The translations under genes and the position numbers were made by a program. The notes beneath the pieces are model-generated. The model did no database searches. It was given only the letters and a program-made list of their open reading frames with translations, and was not told where the DNA came from. A stretch of DNA of 64,000 nt from Arcobacteraceae bacterium (GTDB lineage: Bacteria; Campylobacterota; Campylobacteria; Campylobacterales; Arcobacteraceae), in the NCBI GenBank assembly GCA_965224485.1, contig CBDCZH010000015.1:224001-288000 (forward strand), read 5' to 3'. This document shows positions 1-10,591 of this stretch, piece by piece. Positions within the stretch are counted from its first letter, which is position 1. Each line of letters opens with the position of its first letter.

Positions 1-125
1 ATGCTTTCGTCAAATTTTGCTGATTTTAATTCTTTTAATGTAGCACAAGCTTCATCTAATGAATATCTTTTTTCAGCATCTACTTTTTCTAATAACGCTT
101 TAAATCTTTTTGAAATTTTTGCCAT
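1..125 (-). CDS. rplA: 50S ribosomal protein L1, 5' part (runs off window)
   Basis: Manual translation from ATG at 125: [41 protein letters not shown]; directly downstream of rplK. Confidence 0.95.
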   Translation of the reverse strand, partial: MAKISKRFKALLEKVDAEKRYSLDEACATLKELKSAKFDES

Positions 126-226
126 TTTATTCTCCGCAATTTTATTTTATTTTATAAGGAAATAAGATTTCCTCTTTTGCTACCGCCTTTTAAGCCTGGT
201 GGTAAGGCATTAAAAATTAAAGTAGA

Positions 227-649
227 TTATTCTACTTCAATTCCCATAGATCTAGCAGATCCAGCAACAATTTTAGCAGCTTGATCTTTATCATTTGTAT
301 TTAAATCAACAATTTTCATATCAACAATTTCCATTACTTGATCTTTAGTTAATTTACCAATTTTATTTTTTAAAGCATTATCACTACCTTTTTTAATTCC
401 AGATACTTTTTTAATTAAATCTGTCATTGGTGGTTGCTTTAATGTAAATGTAAAACTTTTGTCTGAATACACAGAAATTTCAACAGGGATTTTGAATCCT
501 GCTTTATCTTTTGTTTTTTCATTGAATGCTTTACAGAATTCCATAATGTTAATACCACGTTGTCCTAGTGCAGGTCCAACAGGTGGTGATGGGTTTGCTG
601 CTCCAGCAGGTATTTGAAGTTTTAAAATACCAGTTACTTTTTTAGCCAT
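227..649 (-). CDS. rplK: 50S ribosomal protein L11
   Basis: [19 protein letters not shown] motif. Confidence 0.98.
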   Translation of the reverse strand: MAKKVTGILKLQIPAGAANPSPPVGPALGQRGINIMEFCKAFNEKTKDKAGFKIPVEISVYSDKSFTFTLKQPPMTDLIKKVSGIKKGSDNALKNKIGKLTKDQVMEIVDMKIVDLNTNDKDQAAKIVAGSARSMGIEVE

Positions 650-689
650 CTAATTTCCTTTGTTTTATATTATATTTAATGTTATTAGC

Positions 690-735
690 CATTAGGCAAG
701 AAAACTATAGAAGAAGCTAAGTTTTTTTGCCTAAT
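690..735. terminator. intergenic hairpin between nusG and rplK
   Basis: ATTAGGCAAGAAAACT ... AGTTTTTTTGCCTAAT inverted repeat. Confidence 0.45.
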
Positions 736-756
736 GCCTATAAAAAAAGAGCAGTT

Positions 757-1284
757 TTAAACTACTCTTTCAACTTGTGAATATGAAATTTCTACTGGAG
801 TATTTCTTCCAAAAATAGAAACATTCAATTTTAAATTTCCTGAACTCATATCAAAGTCTTCAACTATTCCATTAAAGTTAGCAAATGGTCCTTCATTGAT
901 TCTAACCATTTCACCCTCTTCAAAAGATACTTTTGGTTTAGCAGCTGCTCTATTATTAACTTTATCTAAAATTGACTCAATATCTTTTTTAGATAATGGA
1001 GTTGGTTTTTTAGACTCGCCAATAAATCTACCAACTTTTGGCATTGATTGAATTTTATGCCATAAAGCAGTATCTAAATCAATTTCAGCAAAAGCATATG
1101 CTGGATATAAAGGTCTTTCAACTATTGATTTATTACCTTTTTTGATTTCAATTAAATCTTCTGTTGGAACTAAAACATTAGCTATTTGACCATCGTCCAT
1201 TTCTTGTGCTAATCGCTCTAATGCTCTTTTAACAGTTAATTCGCTTCCTGAGTGTGTTTGTATTGCGTACCATTGATGTGCCAT
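757..1284 (-). CDS. nusG: transcription termination/antitermination factor NusG
   Basis: WYAIQTHSG N-terminus, KOW motif GEMVRINEGPFANFNG, SIFGRNTPVE. Confidence 0.98.
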   Translation of the reverse strand: MAHQWYAIQTHSGSELTVKRALERLAQEMDDGQIANVLVPTEDLIEIKKGNKSIVERPLYPAYAFAEIDLDTALWHKIQSMPKVGRFIGESKKPTPLSKKDIESILDKVNNRAAAKPKVSFEEGEMVRINEGPFANFNGIVEDFDMSSGNLKLNVSIFGRNTPVEISYSQVERVV

Positions 1285-1293
1285 TTTAATTCC

Positions 1294-1476
1294 TTAGTTC
1301 ATAACTGCAGATAGACTAACAGACATTAAAGCGTCAATCAGTGCTAAAAATAATGAGATAACAGTTACTACGATAAATACAGAAATATATGCAGATCTTA
1401 CTTGTTCTTTAATAGGGAAAATTACTTTAAATAATTCTTCTTTAGCATTTTTATAATATGTTTTAATTTTATTCAC
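1294..1476 (-). CDS. secE: preprotein translocase subunit SecE
   Basis: ELFKVIFP motif plus one TM helix, between tRNA-Trp and nusG; GTG start at 1476 preferred (GGAG RBS upstream). Confidence 0.93.
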   Translation of the reverse strand: MNKIKTYYKNAKEELFKVIFPIKEQVRSAYISVFIVVTVISLFLALIDALMSVSLSAVMN

Positions 1477-1545
1477 GATTGGCTCCAATTTAAATTCATA
1501 AATTCTTTTAAAAGAAGTCTAAACCACTACTTTAAAAAAAATTAC

Positions 1546-1621
1546 TGGCAGGCCAGGAGGGACTCGAACCCACAACCATCGGATTTGGAATCCGGCGCTC
1601 TACCATTGGAGCTACTGACCT
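1546..1621 (-). tRNA. tRNA-Trp (CCA)
   Basis: Cloverleaf; anticodon loop TTCCAAA; encoded CCA end. Confidence 0.97.
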
Positions 1622-1697
1622 GTATTTTTTAATTAATAAATAATAGTGAATAATGAATAATATCATATTCAAAATTCACTATTAAATAACTTAAGTC

Positions 1698-1868
1698 TTA
1701 AGACTTAAGTTTTACTTCTTTATGAAGTGTATGTTTTTTTAATCTAGGACTATATTTCTTAAGAGTCATCTTTTCAGTAAACGTCTTAGGATTTTTGAAA
1801 GTTGTGTAGTTAATATCTCCACTCTCTTCACATTTTAGTCCGATTTTTATATTTGATCCATTACCCAT
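1698..1868 (-). CDS. rpmG: 50S ribosomal protein L33 (56 aa, missing from ORF track)
   Basis: [56 protein letters not shown]; tuf-rpmG-tRNA-Trp-secE synteny. Confidence 0.95.
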   Translation of the reverse strand: MGNGSNIKIGLKCEESGDINYTTFKNPKTFTEKMTLKKYSPRLKKHTLHKEVKLKS

Positions 1869-1876
1869 AATTATCC

Positions 1877-3085
1877 TTATTTAAGAATTTCGGCAATAAC
1901 ACCAGCACCAACAGTTCTACCACCTTCACGAATAGCAAACTTAGTACCTTTTTCAAGTGCAACAGGAGCAACTAAAGTTACAGTCATCTCAACGTTATCA
2001 CCAGGCATAACCATTTCTACACCTTCAGGTAAAGAACAAGAACCAGTAACATCAGTAGTTCTTACATAAAATTGTGGTCTATATCCAGAGAAAAATGGAG
2101 TATGTCTTCCACCCTCTTCTTTAGATAGAATATATGCTTCACATCTGAATTCAGTATGAGGAGTAATTGAACCAGGAACAACAAGAACTTGTCCTCTCTC
2201 AACGTCTTCTTTTTTAATACCTCTTAGTAGTAAACCAGCATTATCACCAGCTTCAGCAAAATCCATTTCTTTTCTGAACATTTCGATACCAGTAACAGTA
2301 GTTTTCTGAGTATCTTTTAATCCAACGATTTCAATTTCTTCACCTAATTTAATAGTACCTTGAGAAATAGCACCAGTTACAACAGTTCCACGTCCAGCAA
2401 TTGAGAATACATCTTCAACAGGCATTAAGAAAGTTTTTTCAGTTTCTCTTACTGGAGTTGGGATATAAGTATCAACAGCGTCCATTAATTCCATAATTTT
2501 TGCAGTCCAGTCACCCTCTTTACCAGCTTTAGCTTCTTCTAATGCTTGGAATGCAGATCCTGCAATAATTGGAGTATCATCACCTGGAAAGTCATACTCA
2601 GAAAGTAATTCTCTGATTTCCATTTCAACAAGTTCTAACATCTCATCTTTATCTTCATCATCTAATTGATCTTCTTTATTCATGAAAATCACGATATAAG
2701 GAACACCAACTTGCTTAGAAAGTAAGATATGCTCTCTAGTTTGTGCCATAGGTCCATCAGTTGCAGCAATTACTAAAATTGCTCCATCCATTTGTGCAGC
2801 ACCAGTAATCATATTCTTAACGTAATCCGCATGTCCTGGACAATCTACGTGTGCATAATGTCTTGCTTCTGTTTCATACTCAATATGAGAAGTAGCAATA
2901 GTAATTCCTCTTTCTCTCTCTTCTGGTGCATTATCAATTGCATCATAATCCATCATTTCTCCACCCAGTTTGTTCGTAAGAACTGCTGAGATCGCTGCTG
3001 TTAAAGTAGTTTTACCATGATCTACGTGACCAATAGTACCAATGTTAACGTGTGGTTTGTTACGTTCGAATTTTTCTTTTGCCAT
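1877..3085 (-). CDS. tuf: elongation factor Tu
   Basis: [27 protein letters not shown]; real start is ATG at 3085 after AAGGA RBS. Confidence 0.99.
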   Translation of the reverse strand: MAKEKFERNKPHVNIGTIGHVDHGKTTLTAAISAVLTNKLGGEMMDYDAIDNAPEERERGITIATSHIEYETEARHYAHVDCPGHADYVKNMITGAAQMDGAILVIAATDGPMAQTREHILLSKQVGVPYIVIFMNKEDQLDDEDKDEMLELVEMEIRELLSEYDFPGDDTPIIAGSAFQALEEAKAGKEGDWTAKIMELMDAVDTYIPTPVRETEKTFLMPVEDVFSIAGRGTVVTGAISQGTIKLGEEIEIVGLKDTQKTTVTGIEMFRKEMDFAEAGDNAGLLLRGIKKEDVERGQVLVVPGSITPHTEFRCEAYILSKEEGGRHTPFFSGYRPQFYVRTTDVTGSCSLPEGVEMVMPGDNVEMTVTLVAPVALEKGTKFAIREGGRTVGAGVIAEILK

Positions 3086-3341
3086 AAAAATTTCCTTCTT
3101 TAAAGATTTATTATTTGCCCTCTGAGTAGATAAGCCCATTAGCTTCTCTATTCAGAGGGAATATGTATTATAAATTTACAAATATATTGCTAAAATATTA
3201 GCATTAATCATTTGTGGTCGAGTATTATACTCAAAGTTTACTAAAAAAAATATTAATTGGGATATAAATTATAAAAATTATATAAGAGTTACACTATTTT
3301 GCGTAATAACTCAGCTCCCAGTATCAATAATGTTAAATAAA

Positions 3342-3418
<77 letters not shown>

Positions 3419-3428
3419 ATACATTTAA

Positions 3429-3513
3429 TGGTGGGGAGAGAAGGACTCGAACCTTCGAAGCCTGAGGCGAGGGATTTACAATCCCTTGGATTTGACCACT
3501 CTCCAACCTCCCC
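3429..3513 (-). tRNA. tRNA-Tyr (GTA)
   Basis: Anticodon loop TTGTAAA, long variable arm, CCA end. Confidence 0.97.
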
Positions 3514-3577
3514 GGTTGAACTATTATTATTGTTCTGGTCAAGCGCTGGTCTTTTTAAAGACTACGATGACACAAAA

Positions 3578-3655
3578 TGGAGCTGGTGAAGGGACTCGAA
3601 CCCCCGACCTGCTGATTACAAATCAGCTGCTCTAGCCAAGCTGAGCTACACCAGC
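3578..3655 (-). tRNA. tRNA-Thr (TGT)
   Basis: Anticodon loop TTTGTAA; CCA end. Confidence 0.97.
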
Positions 3656-3672
3656 ATCCAAAAATTCCAAAG

Positions 3673-3748
3673 TGGTGGCGCGGGGCGGAATCGAACCGTC
3701 GACACAAGGATTTTCAGTCCTTTGCTCTACCGACTGAGCTACCGAGCC
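3673..3748 (-). tRNA. tRNA-Phe (GAA)
   Basis: Anticodon loop CTGAAAA; CCA end. Confidence 0.97.
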
Positions 3749-3783
3749 ATCTTAAATTGGAGTGAAATTATATAGTGTTTTAA

Positions 3784-4959
3784 TTAATTTAAGCTTAAAT
3801 TATTTACAAGTTTTTTAAATTCTTTTCCCCTATGAATATAGGAGTCAAACTGATCATAAGAAGATGTTGAAGGAGACAGTATTGCAAGAGAGTTTTGGTC
3901 ATGTTTTTCACTCATTTTACTTACTGCATTTTCTAGTGTTTTGCATATTATATATGCTATTTCATACTTTTTACACAATTTTTCAAAACGAACATAGTCT
4001 AATCCTATTAAATAAATCTCAATATCTAAATTTTTCATATATTCAAACAAAGAAATTAAGTCAACTTTTTTATCAACTCCACCTAGAATTAGCAGTATTC
4101 TTTTATCTTTATAAGGAATTAGAGCATTTATACTTGCGTCAGTATTTGTAGCTTTTGAATCATCTACCCATAACCTATCTCTTTTATCTCGAAACTCTTC
4201 TACTTTATGCTCGTCAATTACAAAACTATTAATTTTTTCATATGAAATTTCATCAAAAAGAATTTTTTGACAAGCTAGAGCTAAAAGAGAATCTAGTAAA
4301 AAAGGTTCTTTAAATTTAATATCTTCTTGTTTTATATTAAATTCATTACATAAATCGTAAGAAGAGTTATAAACTATTTTTAAAGCTTTTGTAGGATAAT
4401 TTTCAAACTCTTTTGGAATAATTGCGATTTCACCTTCTTTCATACGATCTAAGGGTTTAAGTTTTGCTTTTTGATACTCTTTATATGAACCATGCCAAGA
4501 AATGTGATCTTGTGAGATAGGAAGTAAAATATAAAGATTGGGTCTTGCTTTGTTTGTATAGTGAAGAGTAAACGATGATGTTTCTAAAATCCAAATAGAA
4601 GCTTTTGTATCTAAAGCAAATAAAGGTGTTCCAATATTCCCCCCATATAAACTTCCTTTATCTTTTAAAAGATGTTGAATCATTTGAGTAGTGGTTGTTT
4701 TTCCATTAGTTCCAGATATCCAAATACAAAAAGGCATTTTTTCTTCCATAAGATCATAATCACTCATTATATTAGAAGAGTTTTTTACCATAAAATTAGA
4801 AGGTGGAATTCCAGGGCTTACAATAGTAATATCATTTGAGGTTTTATCATATAAAGAGAAATCACTCTCATCATATAATATACTTTGTGGAAACTTTTCT
4901 TTTATTGCTTGGGCGGTTAGTCCCTTGCCAAGGACTCTAATTTTTTTTTCATGCTTCAT
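3784..4959 (-). CDS. murD: UDP-N-acetylmuramoyl-L-alanine--D-glutamate ligase
   Basis: VSPGIP, ISGTNGKTTT, ETSSF, DDSKATN motifs; follows mraY. Confidence 0.95.
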   Translation of the reverse strand: MKHEKKIRVLGKGLTAQAIKEKFPQSILYDESDFSLYDKTSNDITIVSPGIPPSNFMVKNSSNIMSDYDLMEEKMPFCIWISGTNGKTTTTQMIQHLLKDKGSLYGGNIGTPLFALDTKASIWILETSSFTLHYTNKARPNLYILLPISQDHISWHGSYKEYQKAKLKPLDRMKEGEIAIIPKEFENYPTKALKIVYNSSYDLCNEFNIKQEDIKFKEPFLLDSLLALACQKILFDEISYEKINSFVIDEHKVEEFRDKRDRLWVDDSKATNTDASINALIPYKDKRILLILGGVDKKVDLISLFEYMKNLDIEIYLIGLDYVRFEKLCKKYEIAYIICKTLENAVSKMSEKHDQNSLAILSPSTSSYDQFDSYIHRGKEFKKLVNNLSLN

Positions 4960-4968
4960 TAATACAAC

Positions 4969-6030
4969 CTATCTTAGTTTTAAACTCATTAAAGCTACTA
5001 AATTAGCCATAAAGGAGATAATCCAAAACCTCACAATGATTTTATTCTCTTTCCAACCTTTTTCTTCAAAATGATGATGAATTGGAGCCATTAAAAATAT
5101 TCGTTTTTTTCTTAGTTTATAAGAGCCAACTTGTAAAATTACTGATACTGTTTCAATAACAAAAATAAAACCAATTATAATTAGTAAAATTTCTGATTTA
5201 CAGATAATTGCCATATAAGCCATAAACGCCCCAATAGGAAGTGAGCCAGTATCGCCCATGAAAATCTCAGCTGGATGTGAGTTGTACCATAAAAAAGCAA
5301 TCAAAGCTCCTACAAAAGAAGCTCCTACAATTGCTACTTCTCCAACAAGTTTTATATTTGGTAATAAAAGATACGAAGAGATAATCGCATGTCCTGTTAT
5401 ATATACTATAGTTGAGAGTGTAAAAAAAGCAATAACAGAGGGAACAGTAGCAAGTCCATCTAAACCATCTGTTAAATTAACAGCATTAGATGTTGCAACC
5501 ATTACTAAAATCCAGAAAAATGCTGCAAACATTCCCATATCAAAAATAGGTAATTTTAAAAATGGTAAATATAAAGTAGTAGAATGATCATAAAGGAATA
5601 AAACTATTACAACAACAGAAGCTGAAATAACTTGTAAAAATAATTTTGCTCTTGATGAAAGTCCTGCATCATTCTTATTATGAGAAATTTTGGATAAATC
5701 ATCTTTAATTCCAATAAGAGAAAAAAGAGCAATAACAACTAAAGCACCCACTACATAAAAGTTATTGAGCTTTGCCGTTAATAGTGTTGCTATAAGTGTT
5801 GCAACAATAAAAACAAAACCACCCATAGTTGGCGTTCCTGCTTTTTGCTTATGTGAACTAGGGGCAAGGTCATAAATAGGTTGTCCTAATGTTCTAGCTT
5901 TTGCCCATTTTATAAATTTAGGAAGTAAAAAAAGTGTTAGAAAAAATGCAATAAAAAATGCTATTCCAGCTCTAACTGTAATGTATTGAAAAATATTAAT
6001 ATCTAAGTGTCTGTAAAACCAATAAAACAA
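4969..6030 (-). CDS. mraY: phospho-N-acetylmuramoyl-pentapeptide transferase
   Basis: [37 protein letters not shown]. Confidence 0.98.
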   Translation of the reverse strand: MFYWFYRHLDINIFQYITVRAGIAFFIAFFLTLFLLPKFIKWAKARTLGQPIYDLAPSSHKQKAGTPTMGGFVFIVATLIATLLTAKLNNFYVVGALVVIALFSLIGIKDDLSKISHNKNDAGLSSRAKLFLQVISASVVVIVLFLYDHSTTLYLPFLKLPIFDMGMFAAFFWILVMVATSNAVNLTDGLDGLATVPSVIAFFTLSTIVYITGHAIISSYLLLPNIKLVGEVAIVGASFVGALIAFLWYNSHPAEIFMGDTGSLPIGAFMAYMAIICKSEILLIIIGFIFVIETVSVILQVGSYKLRKKRIFLMAPIHHHFEEKGWKENKIIVRFWIISFMANLVALMSLKLR

Positions 6031-6119
6031 AGTAAACCTTTTTTTTAGGAAGTATTATTCCTAATTTTGATATAATCGCGATAATTATATACTATTATAG
6101 TTTTTAAAAGGTTTAAACA

Positions 6120-7610
6120 ATGTCAATTATAAATAATACTAATAAAACAATTCTTGTTATAACTGATGGAATTGGACATAATTCATCAAATAAAGATAAT
6201 GCATTTGCGCAAGCTACTACTCCTACTTATGATTATTTGTTTAAAAATACTCCAAACTCTTTAATTCATACCTATGGTGAACATGTAGGACTTCCTAAAA
6301 ATCAAATGGGCAATTCAGAAGTTGGTCATATGAGTTTAGGAACAGGAAGAGTTTTATATCAAGATTTAGTAAAAATAAATATTAGTATAGAAGATGATAC
6401 TTTAAAAAATAACCACATTTTAAAAGATGTTTTAGATAAATCAAATAACATACATTTTATTGCTTTAGTAAGCAATGGCGGAGTTCATTCTCATATAAAT
6501 CATTTATTAGCATTAGTAAAAATAGCTTCTAAAACAAATAAAAAAGTTTTTATTCATATTATTACAGATGGTAGAGACGTAGCACCAAAGAGTGCGAAAA
6601 CATATATTGAACAAATACTTCAAATATGTAAAGAAAATATTGTAATTGCTACTATTTCAGGAAGATATTATGCAATGGATAGAGATAATAGATGGGATAG
6701 AATACAAAAAGCATATGATAGTGTGAATAAAGCTATTCCAAATACAAAAGACTCTATTTTACAATATGTTCAAAATTCATATGAAAATGAAATATATGAT
6801 GAGTTTTTACTTCCAATGTCTTTTAATGATTATAAAGGATTTAGTAAAAATGATGGTATTATTTTTTGTAATTTTAGATCTGATAGAATGAGAGAACTTT
6901 CAAATGCAATAAGTAATAAAAACTTTGAGCACTTTGATACATACAATGAGAATTTATATATAGCTACTATGACACAATATGATAAAACATTACCACTTCC
7001 TATTATGTTTGAAAAAAAGACGCCAAAAGATACCTTAGCTGAAGTTATTTCAAAAGCTGGTTTATCTCAAGTTCATACAGCTGAGACTGAAAAATATGCT
7101 CATGTTACATTTTTCTTTAATGGTGGGGTTGAAGAACCCTTTTTAAATGAAAAAAGAGTTTTAATTCCATCTCCTAAAGTTGCAACCTATGATTTGCAAC
7201 CAGAAATGTCAGCTTGTAAAGTTGGTCTTGCTGTTAAAACTGCAATGAAAGAACAAAATGATTTTATAGTTGTTAATTTTGCAAATGGTGATATGGTCGG
7301 ACATACTGGAGATGTGAAGGCAGCTATTAAAGCTGTTGAGGCAGTGGATAAAGAGTTAGAGATAATTTTAAAAACTCTTGAAGAAGAAAATTATAACTTA
7401 GTTCTAACCTCAGATCATGGTAACTGTGAAAAAATGAAAGACGATGAAGGAAATACCTTAACAAATCATACAGTAGGTGATGTTTTTTGCTTTATTATTG
7501 CAAAAAATGTAAAAGAGGTAAAAAATGGTTCTTTAAATAATATAGCTCCAACTATTTTAAAACTAATGAACTTAGAAATTCCATCATTGATGGATGAAGC
7601 TTTAATATAA
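6120..7610 (+). CDS. gpmI: 2,3-bisphosphoglycerate-independent phosphoglycerate mutase
   Basis: MGNSEVGH, GRYYAMDRDNRW, AETEKYAHVTFF, DMVGHTG. Confidence 0.97.
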   Translation: MSIINNTNKTILVITDGIGHNSSNKDNAFAQATTPTYDYLFKNTPNSLIHTYGEHVGLPKNQMGNSEVGHMSLGTGRVLYQDLVKINISIEDDTLKNNHILKDVLDKSNNIHFIALVSNGGVHSHINHLLALVKIASKTNKKVFIHIITDGRDVAPKSAKTYIEQILQICKENIVIATISGRYYAMDRDNRWDRIQKAYDSVNKAIPNTKDSILQYVQNSYENEIYDEFLLPMSFNDYKGFSKNDGIIFCNFRSDRMRELSNAISNKNFEHFDTYNENLYIATMTQYDKTLPLPIMFEKKTPKDTLAEVISKAGLSQVHTAETEKYAHVTFFFNGGVEEPFLNEKRVLIPSPKVATYDLQPEMSACKVGLAVKTAMKEQNDFIVVNFANGDMVGHTGDVKAAIKAVEAVDKELEIILKTLEEENYNLVLTSDHGNCEKMKDDEGNTLTNHTVGDVFCFIIAKNVKEVKNGSLNNIAPTILKLMNLEIPSLMDEALI

Positions 7611-7619
7611 AATATTATT

Positions 7620-8309
7620 ATGATAAATATTAAAAAGCTCAAAATTGAAAATAAAAACAACATTTTATTAGATATTTCTTTTAAATTCACTAAATCTTGT
7701 GCTTTAATAGGACAAAGTGGTAGTGGTAAGTCTTTAAGTTTAAAAGCTATTTTAGACTTATTACCCTCAACTTTGCTCTTAGAAAAAGAAATTTTATGTG
7801 ACTTTGAACTTAAAAGAGAGGATATAGGTTTGATTCCGCAAAATCCTTTTACTTCTTTAAGTCCAATGACAAAAATTAAAAATCAATTTTTTTGTGAAAA
7901 TAAAACGAAAGAAGAAGTTTTAAAACTCGTAGGTTTAGATACATATATTCTTAATAGGTTCCCACTTGAACTAAGTGGGGGACAGTTACAAAGAGTTGTG
8001 ATTGCAATTATTTTAAGTAAAAAACCAAAACTTTTATTATTAGATGAACCTACCACTTCTTTAGATAACACAAGTAAAAATACTATTCTTTCTTTAATAA
8101 AAGATTTGCAAAAAACTTTAAATTTATTAATATTATTTGTAACACATGATATAAATTCGATTACAGATATTTGTGAAGATATTGTTATAATAAAGAATGG
8201 TAAGATTATAGAAGAGGGAAAAACTAAAGAAGTTTTTAAAAACCCAAAAAATACATATACGAAAGAATTGATAAAATCAAATTTTTCAAATAAAGAATTT
8301 AGGAAATAA
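7620..8309 (+). CDS. ABC transporter ATP-binding protein (DppD/NikD-like)
   Basis: GQSGSGKS, LSGGQLQR, LLLDEPTT. Confidence 0.85.
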   Translation: MINIKKLKIENKNNILLDISFKFTKSCALIGQSGSGKSLSLKAILDLLPSTLLLEKEILCDFELKREDIGLIPQNPFTSLSPMTKIKNQFFCENKTKEEVLKLVGLDTYILNRFPLELSGGQLQRVVIAIILSKKPKLLLLDEPTTSLDNTSKNTILSLIKDLQKTLNLLILFVTHDINSITDICEDIVIIKNGKIIEEGKTKEVFKNPKNTYTKELIKSNFSNKEFRK

Positions 8310-8312
8310 ATA

Positions 8313-10499
8313 ATGTTAAAATATATATTAGCTTTTTTCGTTCTAATTGGTTTAGCAGTACTTGCTGGTCTTATTTATTTATACTCAAGTATTAGATTTG
8401 ATATTGATAAAATAGTTGATTATAAACCAACAATCACTACTCAATTTTATGATAGAAATGGTGATTTAGTTGCTAATATTTTTGATAAAGAACATAGAAT
8501 TTATGTAAAGTATATAGATATTCCACCTAGAATTATTGAAGCTTTAGTAGCTATTGAAGATACACAATTTTTTGAACATAATGGAATTAACCCTGACGCA
8601 ATAAGCAGAGCTATTATTAAAGATATAAAAGCAGGCTCTTTAGTTGAAGGAGCTAGTACTTTAACACAACAATTAGTTAAAACTCTTGTTTTAAGTAGGG
8701 AAAAAAAACTTATAAGAAAAGTTAAAGAAGCTTTATTAGCAATTAGACTTGAAACAATACTAACAAAAGAAGAGATTCTCGAGAGATATTTAAATCAAGT
8801 TTATTTCGGACATGGATATTATGGTATTAAAACCGCATCTTTAGGGTATTTTAAAAAAGAATTATATGAACTAAGTTTAAAAGAGATTTCTATTTTAGTT
8901 GGACTTCCAAGAGCTCCTAGTTTTTACGACCCTACTAGAAACTTAAAATTTGCACTAGCACGTGCAAATCAAGTAGTAAGCAGATTAAATACCTTAGGTT
9001 GGATTAGTAAAAATGAGTATGAAGAAGCTATAAAAGAAGTACCAGAAGTATATAAACAAACATTAACACAAAATAAAGCACCTTATATTATTGATTATGC
9101 TTTTAAAGAGTTAAAAAAACATATTCCTGATATTAAAGGTCAAGGGTATAAAATACATTTAACAATTGATTTAAAAGCTCAAAAAATTGCAAGAGATGCT
9201 TTAAAACATGCTTATGATTTAGTTTTAAAAAGAGATATAACACAATTTGAAAAAGATAAACCAAAATATATAAAAGCTAAAGAAAAAATAAAAAAACTCA
9301 AACTTGCAGTAAAAGCTGGAACATATAAAGTTCCTTCAAAATTTACAAAAGATGGAGAAGAAATTGAAAATTGGTATAGTCCTTTAAAAATTCCTAAGAA
9401 ACTCTTTTATATAAAAGAAATAGAAGTAACAAATAAAGAAACAGGAGAAAAAACTCTTGAACTTATTTCGACTCATGTTCATAAATTAAATGCAGCTTTT
9501 ATCACTATTGAAAATAAAACAGGGGAGATTATAACAATGTTAGGAGGAGTTGATTATAAAAAATCATCTTTTAATAGAGTTGTACAATCTTTAAGACAAC
9601 CAGGTTCAGCTATTAAACCTTTTATTTATCAACAAGCATTAAACCTAGGTTATTCACCAGCAAGCCCTTTAATAGATATTTCAAGAACATTTGAATTTGA
9701 TGATCCTAAAAAAAATACGATAGATCCTAAAACAGGAAAAATAAAAAAGAAAAGATGGCAACCTAGAAATTATGAAAATAATTATAAGGGTTTAATTACT
9801 TTAAGAGAAGCTTTAGTTCACTCAAGAAACCTAGCAACAATAAATCTAGTAAATGAAATAGGAATAAATGTTATATATAAAGGTTTACAAAACTATGGTT
9901 TTAAAAATATGCCCTTTGATTTATCTATTACCTTAGGTTCTTTTGGCGTTTCTCCTTTAGATTTGTCACAAGCATATTCTATGTTTTCAAATCAAGGGAT
10001 ACAAGTTAAACCATATATTATTGATTCAATAATAAATAAAAACAATGATATAGTGCGTTTTGAAAAAGAAGAGAAATATATTATGTCAAAAGAACAAGCA
10101 TTTTTATTAACTGATATTTTATTTGAAACTGTAAATTCTGGAACTGGACGAAAAGCAAGAGTTAAAGGTCTTGATATTGCTGGAAAAACTGGAACTACAA
10201 ATAAAAATATAGATGCTTGGTTTTGTGGTTATACTCCTACTATGCAAACTCTTGTATGGTTTGGAAATGATGATAATAAACCTATGAAAAAATCTGAAAC
10301 AGGTGGAAGAACAGCGGGGCCTGCATTTGCTTATTTTTATAAAAACTATTTAAAAATACACCCAGAAACCCCAAGAAAATTTCAAAAACCTAAAGAAGTA
10401 AGAGAAGCTTTAATAAATGGAAAAAAAGAGTATTTTACTACAACATCAAAACTACCTGAGATAAAAATTTCTTCATCTCAAAATGAAGTAGAATTCTAA
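8313..10499 (+). CDS. penicillin-binding protein 1A (class A PBP)
   Basis: Transglycosylase EDTQFFEHNG/GASTLTQQ; transpeptidase SAIK, SRN, KTG. Confidence 0.93.
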   Translation: MLKYILAFFVLIGLAVLAGLIYLYSSIRFDIDKIVDYKPTITTQFYDRNGDLVANIFDKEHRIYVKYIDIPPRIIEALVAIEDTQFFEHNGINPDAISRAIIKDIKAGSLVEGASTLTQQLVKTLVLSREKKLIRKVKEALLAIRLETILTKEEILERYLNQVYFGHGYYGIKTASLGYFKKELYELSLKEISILVGLPRAPSFYDPTRNLKFALARANQVVSRLNTLGWISKNEYEEAIKEVPEVYKQTLTQNKAPYIIDYAFKELKKHIPDIKGQGYKIHLTIDLKAQKIARDALKHAYDLVLKRDITQFEKDKPKYIKAKEKIKKLKLAVKAGTYKVPSKFTKDGEEIENWYSPLKIPKKLFYIKEIEVTNKETGEKTLELISTHVHKLNAAFITIENKTGEIITMLGGVDYKKSSFNRVVQSLRQPGSAIKPFIYQQALNLGYSPASPLIDISRTFEFDDPKKNTIDPKTGKIKKKRWQPRNYENNYKGLITLREALVHSRNLATINLVNEIGINVIYKGLQNYGFKNMPFDLSITLGSFGVSPLDLSQAYSMFSNQGIQVKPYIIDSIINKNNDIVRFEKEEKYIMSKEQAFLLTDILFETVNSGTGRKARVKGLDIAGKTGTTNKNIDAWFCGYTPTMQTLVWFGNDDNKPMKKSETGGRTAGPAFAYFYKNYLKIHPETPRKFQKPKEVREALINGKKEYFTTTSKLPEIKISSSQNEVEF

Positions 10500-10524
10500 A
10501 AAAAATATACGGATTTTTTTACAT

Positions 10525-10560
10525 AAAAAAAGGCTAAGTGTAAAACTTAGCCTTTTTTAT
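10525..10560. terminator. bidirectional rho-independent terminator
   Basis: AAAAAAAGGCTAAGT-GTAAA-ACTTAGCCTTTTTT between convergent PBP1A and glnA. Confidence 0.85.
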
Positions 10561-10591
10561 TTTAAAGTATTTATCTAAAATACAAATATTA

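Noticed and set aside
150..215. Hairpins between rplK and rplA as an L1 autoregulatory site
   Set aside because: Stem-loops are present but I could not match the L1-binding consensus by eye.
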